In this document: positions 8,406-17,723 of the stretch, piece by piece
How positions within the stretch are numbered: the stretch's first letter is position 1
Layout of the letters: each line of letters starts with the position of its first letter
DNA from: Methanobacteriota archaeon
GTDB lineage: Archaea > Thermoplasmatota > Poseidoniia > Poseidoniales > Poseidoniaceae
Reading direction: 5' to 3'
Assembly (NCBI GenBank): GCA_011524855.1
Contig: WTJK01000017.1
Coordinates: forward strand, 13,054 to 77,053
DNA: 64,000 bases
Program-made: the position numbers and the translations under genes
Notes under the pieces: generated by a model
What the model saw: only the letters and a program-made list of their open reading frames with translations
Database searches by the model: none
Told to the model about the DNA's origin: nothing

Positions 8406-9386
8406 ATGAGCGGTACCTTCTTTGGCCCGCACGGGAGAGAAATCGGTCTCTTCGCATTGTCGGGTGTTGTTCTTTCACTCACTGTCGGCCACCTTGCGTG
8501 GATAGCCGTCGCAGGCACCTATCTCGTCTGGCTTGCCTACATCGGTACCATGACCCGTTGGTCGTTTCGCGCTCCCTCAAGGCGGAAACCCCCCATTCAG
8601 GATTCGGCGTGGCGCCCCATGGACGTGGCCACGCGACGAGGGGACTTGCGGTTCTACCTCTCGGACACACAGCCTGGTGCTGATGTTGTGTTCGTGGTTC
8701 ACGGCTGGAGCTCAGCGTCCATGCGCATGACCGGTCGAGCTCGCGTCTTCCTTGAAGCGGGATTGAACGTCGTCCTGGTGGACTTGCCGAGCCATGGGGC
8801 CTCTGCCTCGCTCCCGTATTGGTCGGCGGAGGAGTCTGTGTCCATGTTGATCGATGGGCTGAACCACCTCCACCAGCAACGCCCCGACCATTTCGGACAT
8901 CGGATGTTCTTTTTCGGCCATAGCATGGGTGGTTTTGTTGGCCTTCGAATCAGCAAGCGACGAAATGAATTGTCTCTCAACGGCGCATGGTCGGGGTGGG
9001 TCCTGGAATCGCCGATGACAGGTTACAGTGAAATTTTTGATGAAACGTGTCGCCTTTTGAAACTGCCACGCGTGTTTCGCTGGTCCCTTGAAACACGCGT
9101 CTTGCGAAAATTTCGCGCCCTGAATCCAAGCAGCACAGTCAAGCATTTGCAAGACGCTGACATGCCTGCTTGGGGCATGCTTTCGGAACCCACGTTGCTC
9201 GTTCAAGCCTCCAACGACGAACGTCTTGGCAATGCACACCACGAGCGCTTGGTGCACGAAATGAAGCAGACCCCTTCTGTCCAACTGGATGTGCATTGTC
9301 TTGATTCACTCTCCCATTCGGGCGCTCATGAACACGCTGAGCGTGACCGATTGGTGGCTGCTTGGTTGGACGCTCAACCGTCCTGA
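8406..9386 (+). CDS. Membrane-anchored alpha/beta-fold hydrolase.
   Basis: Two N-terminal TM segments. 'VVFVVHGWSS' (HGW oxyanion-region motif) and 'FFGHSMGGFVG' (GxSxG nucleophile elbow). Confidence 0.6.
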   Translation: MSGTFFGPHGREIGLFALSGVVLSLTVGHLAWIAVAGTYLVWLAYIGTMTRWSFRAPSRRKPPIQDSAWRPMDVATRRGDLRFYLSDTQPGADVVFVVHGWSSASMRMTGRARVFLEAGLNVVLVDLPSHGASASLPYWSAEESVSMLIDGLNHLHQQRPDHFGHRMFFFGHSMGGFVGLRISKRRNELSLNGAWSGWVLESPMTGYSEIFDETCRLLKLPRVFRWSLETRVLRKFRALNPSSTVKHLQDADMPAWGMLSEPTLLVQASNDERLGNAHHERLVHEMKQTPSVQLDVHCLDSLSHSGAHEHAERDRLVAAWLDAQPS

Positions 9387-10465
9387 TGCTGACCAGATGC
9401 TTGCTGCTTGGCGAGTTCTCGCATGTCCTCAACTTCATCCAACTCGTCAACGATTTCCTTGCCCAGCAAGGTTTCCATGACGTCCTCCATGGTAAGAATG
9501 CCAGAGGTTCCCCCAAACTGGTCTTGGACGAGGGCGAATTGTTGCCGGTTCACCAACAGCACGTCCAACGCCTCTTCGATGGTGGTACCCAATTTGATGG
9601 ACAGGATGGGCTTCATCATGGATTTGAGCGTGGTGTCCCACTCGTCTCGACTGGCTGCCATGAGGATGTCGGATCGAATCACGAGTCCCATCACGTTGTC
9701 AATGTGCTCTTGATAGACAGGAATTCGAGAAAATCGAAGGATGGAGTGTTCATCGAGGACCTCTTTCACCGTGGCCTCCATGTCAAATGCACTGACGACC
9801 ACTCGAGGTGTCATTTCGTCATCCACGAGGATTTCACGAAGTTTCAACAGGTTGTGAATCACGGTTTCTTCGGATTCCTCCAGCGCCCCTTCAATCTCAC
9901 CGAGGTCTGCCATCAACGCCACGTCGTCCCGCGTCACCATGTTGACATCCCCCTTCGGCAGGACCGATTTGAGCACTTGAATGGGGCCGATCAGCCAGAA
10001 GAGGAATTTGGTCATGAAGGACAACACATAGGCAGCCGGTGTTGACAATCGCTTCCAATATGCCGTCCCAAGGGTCTTTGGAATGATCTCGGAGAGGAAG
10101 AGTACAGCGATCGTGAGTATGAAGGACGCGATGGTCAACCACTCGGAACCCCAGATGTTTTGCACTTCGCTGCCAACGCCCGCTGCGCCCATGGTATGCG
10201 CGATGGTGTTCAAGGTGAGGATGGCTGTCAGGGGCCGAACCGAGTCGTCGTCCTTGAGGTGGGACCACATGGAAGCGGTTTTCTTGCCGTCAGCCTCCAG
10301 CATGGCCACGTGTGTTTGTGGCATTGAAAGAACGATGGCCTCCAAGATGGAACACAAAAACGACACGCCGAGGGCCAATGAAAGATAAAAAATGAGGAGT
10401 GTTAAATCACCGCTCCCGGTGGGTTCTCCTGCGGGTAGCGTCGCTGCCATGGCGTTGTTGAGCAT
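9374..10465 (-). CDS. CNNM/CorC-HlyC family transporter (DUF21 TM domain, CBS pair, CorC_HlyC domain).
   Basis: TM N-terminus with 'LNTIAHTMGAAGVG', followed by CBS-type and C-terminal transporter-associated segments. Start is trimmed to an internal ATG (MLNNAM...) so that it does not overlap metG. Confidence 0.75.
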   Translation of the reverse strand: MLNNAMAATLPAGEPTGSGDLTLLIFYLSLALGVSFLCSILEAIVLSMPQTHVAMLEADGKKTASMWSHLKDDDSVRPLTAILTLNTIAHTMGAAGVGSEVQNIWGSEWLTIASFILTIAVLFLSEIIPKTLGTAYWKRLSTPAAYVLSFMTKFLFWLIGPIQVLKSVLPKGDVNMVTRDDVALMADLGEIEGALEESEETVIHNLLKLREILVDDEMTPRVVVSAFDMEATVKEVLDEHSILRFSRIPVYQEHIDNVMGLVIRSDILMAASRDEWDTTLKSMMKPILSIKLGTTIEEALDVLLVNRQQFALVQDQFGGTSGILTMEDVMETLLGKEIVDELDEVEDMRELAKQQASGQHQDG

Positions 10466-10613
10466 AGGTTGTGCAGAACCCCTGTCCAGATGGAACGGTT
10501 TAACCAAACGATTGGGGTTCTTGAAAATGACGCCACCTCGGCAATCATGAGGGGCGTTGTTTAAATCGGGGGTGAACCTCAAGAAGTGCCTGCATCTGGG
10601 CGGTTCGTTGAAC

Positions 10614-12866
10614 ATGCCCGACGAACACGTGCTGATTTGCGTGGCTTGGCCGTACGCCAACGGCCCGCTGCATTTGGGGCATGTTGCTGGGTGTTATTTG
10701 CCACCTGACATTCATTACCGCTTCGAGGTGGCTCGAGGCAATCGCGTGCTGATGGTCTCGGGTTCGGACGAACACGGAACACCCATCACCGTCACGGCAG
10801 AACAGAACGGGGAAACACCACAAGACGTCGTCGACCGCTTCCACGCCATCAACCAGCAGGCGTTGAACGACTTGGGGTGTGCATGGGCCAACAACATCGA
10901 CCATCGCGGCGTTGCGTACGGCGGGGCGTTGTTCAACCGAACGAGCGATGAGCGCCATCAAAGAAAGGTGCAAGATCACTTCAAACTCCTTCATGAAGCC
11001 GGCTTCTTTGAACAGCGCTCCATGGAACAATACTACGAACATCATCCGGATGGCGGTGGCCGTTTTTTGCCGGACCGGTACATCGAAGGCGTTTGTCCCG
11101 CTTGCCAAACCGATGGCGCCCGAGGCGACCAATGCGATGCTTGCGGTGCCACATACGAAGCGGTTGAGCTCAAGTCTCCCACCTCGAAGATGAACCCGTC
11201 CTATCGGGTGTCCATTGAAGAAACGGAACACCTGTTCTACCGTTTGGATCTGTTCCAAGATTTGTTGCAAAACCATGCGACCGGCCAACACAGCCGTTGG
11301 AAACCCAACGTTCGTGCGATGACGAAACAATGGCTCGACATGGGGCTCCGCCCAAGGGCGGTGACGCGCGATTTGGCATGGGGCATTGGGGTGCCGCTTG
11401 AGGGCGACGATTGGAACAGCAAATGCATCTATGTGTGGTTTGAAGCCGTGCAAGGGTACCTCACCTGTGCACAGATTTGGGCCGAAGAGCACGCAAGGTC
11501 GCACCCGGATGGCGCAGATGCTTGGCGCCGATGGTGGTGCGTTGGCGAGGACGGAGAATCGCCACGCCACCTCTACTTCCTCGGAAAGGACAACATCCCC
11601 TTTCACACCGTGATTTGGCCTTCGTTGATTCTTGGATTGAACGCCGCTTCTTCCGGGAAGACTGCCAAGGACGTCCTATCGCTGCCGAACGCGGGTGAGT
11701 TGGCGCTGGAACATAATGTCCCCGCAATGGAGTACCTGATGCTGTCCGGTGGCCAGTTTTCAAAATCAAGAAAACACGCTGTGTGGCTCCCTTCCTTCCT
11801 GGAGCGGTACGACCCCGATACGCTGCGATATTATCTCAGCATCAACATGCCCGAGCAGCACGACACGGATTTCAACTGGCCTGAATTTGTTGAGCGGGTG
11901 AACAGCGAACTGATCGCTGCATACGGAAATTTTGTGCATCGGGTCTTGACGCTCGGAGCCCGGCTACCGTTGGAGGGTGGCTCGCCCTTCACACCCTACG
12001 ACGGCCACCCCGACATGGAGGCGCATCAACGTCACGTCGAAGGCCTTTTTTCTCAAGCAACGGCTTCGCTGGAAGCCCACCGCTACAAGGAATCCTTGCG
12101 CCATCTCATGAGCATCGCTCAATACGGCAATCAAATTCTCCAAGCCGCTGCACCCTGGAAACACCTCAAAGAGCGTGGCGAGGGTCACGAAAGCAGTTTG
12201 GGCACCCTGGCCTTTTGCTGGCGCTTGGCTCGCACCCTCGCCATTGGTCTGCAACCGTTTTTGCCCACCAGCTCTCAGCGCCTTTGGTCCATGTTGGGCT
12301 TGTCAGGCCAGGTTGAACACCAGCGTTGGGATGAGGCAACCGATTGGTCCTCACCCATGACATGGTCGAGTGAACCCCCAAAGCCCTTGTTTGAACGGCT
12401 TGACTTGGAGGCCATTTTGACGGCTGAGACCGAGTTGATTGAGGTTGATGCACAGCACGATTCACCCGCCGTCCACGGCGTGAAAGGTGGAAAGAAATCA
12501 GGAGGAAAGCACGTGAAAGAAGTTGAGGAGGGTGTGGTCCACCTGAATTTTGAAGATTTTATGAAAGTTGAATTGAAGGTTGGTCGTATCGCCTCGGTCG
12601 AGGACCACCCCAATGCAGACAAACTCTATGTCGTTCGCTTGGACGATGGAACGGAAGATGGCCGGACCATCTGTGCAGGCTTGAAGGCACACTATTCCAT
12701 GGATGACCTGACCGGTAAAACCGTGGTTTTCGTTGCCAATCTTGCACCGAGAAAGCTTCGAGGTGTGATGTCGCAAGGGATGATGCTCGCCGCCGATGAC
12801 GGCGATGGTAACGTTCGATTGGTCACCGTCGACGGCGAGATCGCTTCGGGGTCCGAAGTTCGCTGA
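10614..12866 (+). CDS. metG: Methionyl-tRNA synthetase with a C-terminal tRNA-binding (EMAP/Trbp111-like) domain.
   Basis: 'PYANGPLHLGH' (HIGH motif), 'KMSKS'-like 'QFSKSRKH', and Zn knuckle 'CPACQTDGARGDQCDACG'. C-terminus has 'KVELKVGRIASVEDHPNADKLYV'. Confidence 0.9.
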   Translation: MPDEHVLICVAWPYANGPLHLGHVAGCYLPPDIHYRFEVARGNRVLMVSGSDEHGTPITVTAEQNGETPQDVVDRFHAINQQALNDLGCAWANNIDHRGVAYGGALFNRTSDERHQRKVQDHFKLLHEAGFFEQRSMEQYYEHHPDGGGRFLPDRYIEGVCPACQTDGARGDQCDACGATYEAVELKSPTSKMNPSYRVSIEETEHLFYRLDLFQDLLQNHATGQHSRWKPNVRAMTKQWLDMGLRPRAVTRDLAWGIGVPLEGDDWNSKCIYVWFEAVQGYLTCAQIWAEEHARSHPDGADAWRRWWCVGEDGESPRHLYFLGKDNIPFHTVIWPSLILGLNAASSGKTAKDVLSLPNAGELALEHNVPAMEYLMLSGGQFSKSRKHAVWLPSFLERYDPDTLRYYLSINMPEQHDTDFNWPEFVERVNSELIAAYGNFVHRVLTLGARLPLEGGSPFTPYDGHPDMEAHQRHVEGLFSQATASLEAHRYKESLRHLMSIAQYGNQILQAAAPWKHLKERGEGHESSLGTLAFCWRLARTLAIGLQPFLPTSSQRLWSMLGLSGQVEHQRWDEATDWSSPMTWSSEPPKPLFERLDLEAILTAETELIEVDAQHDSPAVHGVKGGKKSGGKHVKEVEEGVVHLNFEDFMKVELKVGRIASVEDHPNADKLYVVRLDDGTEDGRTICAGLKAHYSMDDLTGKTVVFVANLAPRKLRGVMSQGMMLAADDGDGNVRLVTVDGEIASGSEVR

Positions 12867-12869
12867 ACA

Positions 12870-13499
12870 TCAACCGTTCAGCCGATCACGCACAGCGTCC
12901 ATGACCAGTCGTCCATCGGTTCGAACTTGTTCTTTGACGCTGTCCAATTCACTGCGGATCGTTTCACCCATCTCGGCCGGCAAACCGTTGAGATTGATTT
13001 CAACGTTGAACAGCGCCCCCTTGGCTGCGGCACTGGCGAGTAATCCCGCTACACCGACATCCGAGACGGCGTTGGCGTTGCCCTTGGCTGCGAGTTCAGG
13101 GAGCATGGCGAGGAGTTCTGCGGCCTTGCATGCGGTCTCGTACGGTACTTCCGCTGCGTGCAAGGTGGCAGCGCGAATGGCCGTACGGCGTGCATTCACT
13201 TCCTCATCGTCGCCTTTCGGAAGTTTGAACGACGCCATCACCTCGTCAAAAGCATCGCTGTCTTGCTGAGCCAAGTCACCCGAGGCACCCATCATCGGGA
13301 TGGCTGAACGTTGAACACGCTCCGCCACGGGCCATCCGTCGGACCACTTCTCGTTGCTCAGGGTGAGGTCGGCCACCATGATGCTCAAGGAAGCGGCTTG
13401 CCCCAAAGCCACGGCAGCAGCGGTGCCTCCTCCCGGGGTGGGGGAGGATGATGCGAGGGCTGCCATGAACTCACGTTGTGTCATTTCCATCCAGTTCAT
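12870..13499 (-). CDS. Formimidoyltetrahydrofolate cyclodeaminase (stand-alone FTCD C-terminal domain).
   Basis: 'MTQREFMAALASSSPTPGGGTAAAVALGQAASL' is a typical cyclodeaminase N-terminus. Its ATG overlaps the stop of the upstream formiminotransferase gene (ATGA). Confidence 0.7.
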   Translation of the reverse strand: MNWMEMTQREFMAALASSSPTPGGGTAAAVALGQAASLSIMVADLTLSNEKWSDGWPVAERVQRSAIPMMGASGDLAQQDSDAFDEVMASFKLPKGDDEEVNARRTAIRAATLHAAEVPYETACKAAELLAMLPELAAKGNANAVSDVGVAGLLASAAAKGALFNVEINLNGLPAEMGETIRSELDSVKEQVRTDGRLVMDAVRDRLNG

Positions 13500-14539
13500 G
13501 CACTCAGCCCCCTGATCGCCCACTCAATGATGCTTTCGTCGGGCTCAAATCGGTGGTGTTCACGCAGTCCCAACCCGTTGATGGCAGCGTTGACCAATTC
13601 GTGCTCGTCCGATGCTTCCGGTAGGTAAAACCGACCGGCTTCCAGCATGGCGTTGAGCGGCACAAGTCCAACGATTTCACTGCCCGGGGTCACGGTGCCA
13701 TGGTCGCCAACGACGCTTTTCACCGTCTCATAGGCGAGGTGCAGTGGGCATGCATCCACATCCAAGAGGTTCATCGATACCTGGGAGATTCCCAATTCTT
13801 CCAACGTCACGCCCATGCCTTGCACGCTTGGGAGCAGACCTTGTGTTCGCATACGCTGGCCCGTGGGTGATTTGAGAAGACGTCCGCTCGAACGAACCAG
13901 CGAACCCACTTTTTTCGCCACGACGGCATCAGGTTCATCCACGTTCACGTTGTAGGCAACGAGAATGGAGCGGGCCCCCACCGTGATGCCTCCGGACCGT
14001 GCGACCGATTCGGACCACACCGAGGCCCCTTCGTCGGGCAACATCGTCGTTGCTTCGTGGCGACGGTTGCTTCCGTCCAATCGCGAGGCCAATTCCTCGT
14101 ATTCTCCTTTGCGAAGGTTCGACAACAACGTGCGTTCCGGGTGGCTCGCTGCGGCTCCGTAGAGAAACAAGGGCACCGCTGCAGCTGCTGCCACATCCTG
14201 CACCGTGCGGCGAGCAAGGTCGGCGCATGCCTCCATGGTGATTCCTTGAAGCGGCACGAAAGGGCAAACATCGACCGCACCCAACCGGGGATGCTCGCCT
14301 TGGTGCGTTCGCATGTCAATTTCATCGATCGCAGCAAGAATCAGTGCGACCGCGCCTTGCTGGACAGGCTGGGGCTCACCTGCGAGCGTGATGACGGTTC
14401 GATGGTAATCCCGATCGGGTTCGACTCCCAACACGTGGCAGCCTGCCACGGCACGTGCGGCTGCGACGATTCGCTCAATTTTGTCATCGTCCCTGCCTTC
14501 GGAAATGTTGGGGACGCACTCGACCAAGGCGTTGCTCAT
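13496..14539 (-). CDS. Glutamate formimidoyltransferase (stand-alone FTCD N-terminal domain).
   Basis: N-terminus 'MSNALVECVPNISEGRD' matches the formiminotransferase signature 'LVECVPNFSEGR'. Confidence 0.8.
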   Translation of the reverse strand: MSNALVECVPNISEGRDDDKIERIVAAARAVAGCHVLGVEPDRDYHRTVITLAGEPQPVQQGAVALILAAIDEIDMRTHQGEHPRLGAVDVCPFVPLQGITMEACADLARRTVQDVAAAAAVPLFLYGAAASHPERTLLSNLRKGEYEELASRLDGSNRRHEATTMLPDEGASVWSESVARSGGITVGARSILVAYNVNVDEPDAVVAKKVGSLVRSSGRLLKSPTGQRMRTQGLLPSVQGMGVTLEELGISQVSMNLLDVDACPLHLAYETVKSVVGDHGTVTPGSEIVGLVPLNAMLEAGRFYLPEASDEHELVNAAINGLGLREHHRFEPDESIIEWAIRGLSA

Positions 14540-14583
14540 GGGCTCGGTCGAGCATTTCCAGTCAATGAACGTTGTTCAACGGT

Positions 14584-15804
14584 TCACGAATACAGGCGCT
14601 CTGGGCTGGAGGTGGTGGATGACTGCGACCGCTTCTTCTCGAGGGTGGCCACAGCGGCCATCATGTCGTTTTGGGTGATGGAGGACCGACCGTCTCGAAT
14701 GGCGGTCATGCCGGCCTCGACACAGGTTGCCTTGAGTTCGGCACCGGAATATCCCTTGGTTTTCTCAACAACACGTTGAAGGTTCAATTTCTTGGTGTTC
14801 ATGGTTTTGAGGTGGACCTCGAGGATGGATTTCCGAGAACCGTCTTCAGGAATGGGGATCTCGATGACCCTGTCGAACCGTCCTGGGCGGAGCAAGGCAT
14901 CGTCCAAGATATCGGGTCGATTGGTGGCAGCGATAATTTTCACGTCCTTGAGTGCATCAAACCCGTCGAGCTCGGCGAGCAATTGCATCAACGTACGCTG
15001 AACTTCCCGGTCGCCGCTGGTTGAGCCGTCCAAGCGCTTGGCGCCAATGGCATCGATCTCGTCAAGGAAAATGATGCTCGGGGCCTTTTCCTTGGCGAGA
15101 GAAAAAAGCTCCCGTACCATGCGGCCACCCTCTCCAATGTATTTTTGAGCAAGCTCACTTCCTACCATGCGGATAAAGGTCGCTTCGGTTTGGTTTGCCA
15201 CGGCTTTGGCCAGCAACGTCTTCCCGCATCCCGGTGGGCCAACGAGCAACACCCCCTTGGGGGGTGTGATTCCCACCTTCTGGAACAGTTCAGGCTTCAC
15301 AAGTGGTAATTCAATGGCCTCGCGAACAAGCGAGACTTCGGTGTCGAGGCCGGCAATGTCGGCATAGGTGGTGGTGGGTTTGCCGACCATTTCAGCACCG
15401 CTGACCATCGGGTCCCATGCCTCGTGAAGAACTTCAATCACCGAGAGGCTGTCCTGATTGAGTGCGACACGCGTGCCAGGTTTGAGTTTGTCAGGGTCGA
15501 GTCGTTGGTTCAGGGACACTTGGAACACCGTTCCGTTCGACGATCGCACAATGGCACGTTCATGGTCGAGCACATCTTGGAGATGGCCAATGATGAGCGG
15601 TGGCATTTTCATGATGTTCACGTTTTCTTCGAGCCGGTCGACTTTCTTCCGAAGACCTCGAATTTCGGTTTCGAGCGCATTCCGTTCCGTGATCAGGTTT
15701 TGAGATTCTTCACGGAGATCGAGCAACGAGGCTTCAAGTTGCTTCAACTCGTCCTCAGGAAGCCGGTTGACTGCGTTGTCCGTCCGCTCAACCTCTGTGC
15801 CCAT
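14584..15804 (-). CDS. pan: Proteasome-activating nucleotidase PAN (AAA+ ATPase).
   Basis: N-terminal coiled coil, then Walker A 'GPPGCGKTLLAKAVA', then 'IIFLDEIDAIGAKR' and 'ATNRPDILDDALLRPGRFDR'. Start is set at the internal ATG (MGTEVERTD), giving 406 aa. Confidence 0.9.
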   Translation of the reverse strand: MGTEVERTDNAVNRLPEDELKQLEASLLDLREESQNLITERNALETEIRGLRKKVDRLEENVNIMKMPPLIIGHLQDVLDHERAIVRSSNGTVFQVSLNQRLDPDKLKPGTRVALNQDSLSVIEVLHEAWDPMVSGAEMVGKPTTTYADIAGLDTEVSLVREAIELPLVKPELFQKVGITPPKGVLLVGPPGCGKTLLAKAVANQTEATFIRMVGSELAQKYIGEGGRMVRELFSLAKEKAPSIIFLDEIDAIGAKRLDGSTSGDREVQRTLMQLLAELDGFDALKDVKIIAATNRPDILDDALLRPGRFDRVIEIPIPEDGSRKSILEVHLKTMNTKKLNLQRVVEKTKGYSGAELKATCVEAGMTAIRDGRSSITQNDMMAAVATLEKKRSQSSTTSSPERLYS

Positions 15805-15898
15805 GGGCGAACCTGCCGGCGAGCATCTAAAAGAATTGACATCGCCTTCGTGCAACGGTGTCAAAGAGTTCAAAGACGGTCGTGGAAAAAAAACCGAC

Positions 15899-16378
15899 AT
15901 GGGCGAATGTGAATTGTGCGGTGCCGTCAAGGTCGGTGTGCGACAGGTGCCAACGGGAAAAACCACCGTCACCGCATGCGCTCGTTGTGTGGAAAAAATG
16001 AATCTGGGACCGAAAAAGGAGGCGCCTGGCCTTGCCCGAGCGCGCACCATGCGTGCTGCGCCTCGGCGTTCGTCCTCTTCCACGTTCATGGCATCTGGAC
16101 CAAAGGAACTGGCCGATGATTTTCACAAACGAATCGCCAGCGCACGGTCGGCTCAAAACATGTCCCAGCAACAGCTTGCGAAAAAAATGGCAGAAACCGT
16201 GAACGTGATCAAGTCTGCAGAATCAGGGAAACGACCGACCGACACCGTTGTTCGCAAGTTCGAGCGTATTCTGTCTATCGAATTGATGGTGGCACGTTCT
16301 GCAGAGGAAACCAGGCATGTTTCAGCCGGACCACAGCGCGGCATGACCTTCGGTGATTACCTCAACAACTTGGAGTGA
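15899..16378 (+). CDS. Archaeal multiprotein-bridging factor 1 (aMBF1): zinc ribbon plus HTH (XRE).
   Basis: 'MGECELCGAVK...VTACARCVEKM' zinc ribbon, then 'SARSAQNMSQQQLAKKMAETVNVIKSAESGKRPTDTVVRKFERIL' HTH region. Confidence 0.75.
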   Translation: MGECELCGAVKVGVRQVPTGKTTVTACARCVEKMNLGPKKEAPGLARARTMRAAPRRSSSSTFMASGPKELADDFHKRIASARSAQNMSQQQLAKKMAETVNVIKSAESGKRPTDTVVRKFERILSIELMVARSAEETRHVSAGPQRGMTFGDYLNNLE

Positions 16379-16932
16379 CGAAATTGTCGGTTCGGGTCCA
16401 TGCGATTTGGCTGGCCCAGGACGATCCGAAAAAGAACACCGCTGTCCTTGCGGCAAAACGCGGAAACCTCACGCTTCACAAATCCATGCGGGACTTACCC
16501 CGCAAAGGCATCATCCTTGAGCCGTTGTGCGGGAAAGTCTTCGGCCCAGAGGACCATGCGCTCGTCCTCGAACAACGTGGTTCGTTGGTTGGCTTGGATT
16601 GCAGTTGGGCTCATATTGAAACCAGCGTGGACAAGGTGATGCGCCGGACACGACTGAAACCACGGATGCTTCCCATGCTCCTTGCAGCCAACCCAGTCAA
16701 CTGGGGAAAACCAGGACGGTTGACAACCGCTGAGGCTTTGGCGGCCTGTCTGTACATGATGGGCAAAGGTGAACAAGCCCGAGAGGTCTTGGGGGCCTTT
16801 CGTTGGGGGCACCGCTTCTTTGAACTAAACCAGGAACCGTTGGATGCCTACGCCGGTGCCCTGACCAGTCAGGAACTGGTCGATCTTCAATTCGAATTTT
16901 TTGATCTTGACCGAGAAGGTTTGGAGGGCTGA
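16375..16932 (+). CDS. tsr3: 16S rRNA aminocarboxypropyltransferase Tsr3 (DUF367).
   Basis: 'GLDCSWAH', 'ANPVNWGKP' and 'LTTAEALAACLYMMG' are typical of Tsr3. Confidence 0.7.
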   Translation: MTKLSVRVHAIWLAQDDPKKNTAVLAAKRGNLTLHKSMRDLPRKGIILEPLCGKVFGPEDHALVLEQRGSLVGLDCSWAHIETSVDKVMRRTRLKPRMLPMLLAANPVNWGKPGRLTTAEALAACLYMMGKGEQAREVLGAFRWGHRFFELNQEPLDAYAGALTSQELVDLQFEFFDLDREGLEG

Positions 16933-16934
16933 AC

Positions 16935-17723
16935 ATGCTGCACGAAAACCGGCCTGTTCAGCGCGTGTCGGAAGACAATCGTCGCTTGGAACACGATGCG
17001 ATGGCGGACGAATCGCTTGTTACCATCGTACACAGAGGTCGCACCTTGACGCGCCTGCTGGCCTCACGCGAGGACTTGAAGGCACTCACGGTCGGACACA
17101 TGGCACTGGAGCACGGGTGTTCCTTGGAGGAGGAATCCCTGTCGGCTGACCTCCGGTCGGACGGTTCGGTAAACATCGTCATCGATGATGCCATCGAGGT
17201 CCCAGCCTCTGCTGCACGCCCGGACATTGTGACATCGTCATGCGGTGCATGTCACCATCCTTCGCTCGCCGAAATGGTGACAACAGCCTCGACCGCATTG
17301 CAGGCCCCGTCCTACGCCTCCATTGATCACGTTTCACATGCCTTTGACATGATGGAGCACCAACAACCAGGATTCGTAGCCACCGGGGGCCTCCACGCAG
17401 CGATGCTTTGGGCTCCCGATGGGACCTACCTGGTGAAGGAGGACATTGGACGACACAACGCCGTTGACAAGGCGTGGGGTGCATGGAGGCAAAGCCACCC
17501 GCATCGTCAACCAACGATGTTGCTGTTGTCAGGTCGTTTGGGGTGGGACATCACCGCCAAAGCGATGCACATTGGTGTGTCAACCATCGCTTGTCGAGGG
17601 GCTGCATCCACGCTTGCCGTTGATACAGCACGCGCCAACGGTCTGCGGTTGGTGACCTTCTGGAAGTCAACTGGGTGCGTGGTGATTGGGCCGCTTGAGG
17701 GGTCGTTTGACGCAAAGGATTGA
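16935..17723 (+). CDS. fdhD: Formate dehydrogenase accessory sulfurtransferase FdhD.
   Basis: 'EDIGRHNAVDKAWG' and 'LLSGRLGWDITAKAMHIGVSTIACRGAAS' match FdhD motifs. Confidence 0.75.
   Translation: MLHENRPVQRVSEDNRRLEHDAMADESLVTIVHRGRTLTRLLASREDLKALTVGHMALEHGCSLEEESLSADLRSDGSVNIVIDDAIEVPASAARPDIVTSSCGACHHPSLAEMVTTASTALQAPSYASIDHVSHAFDMMEHQQPGFVATGGLHAAMLWAPDGTYLVKEDIGRHNAVDKAWGAWRQSHPHRQPTMLLLSGRLGWDITAKAMHIGVSTIACRGAASTLAVDTARANGLRLVTFWKSTGCVVIGPLEGSFDAKD

Noticed and set aside
15805-15898. A (dA)8-9 run just upstream of the MBF1 ATG in the PAN/MBF1 divergent intergenic region, considered as a terminator or special promoter element.
   Set aside because: On the minus strand it lies upstream, not downstream, of any minus-strand gene. 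It is not at the -26 TATA position for either start. It is more simply an A/T-rich spacer. It is kept only as a low-priority note.
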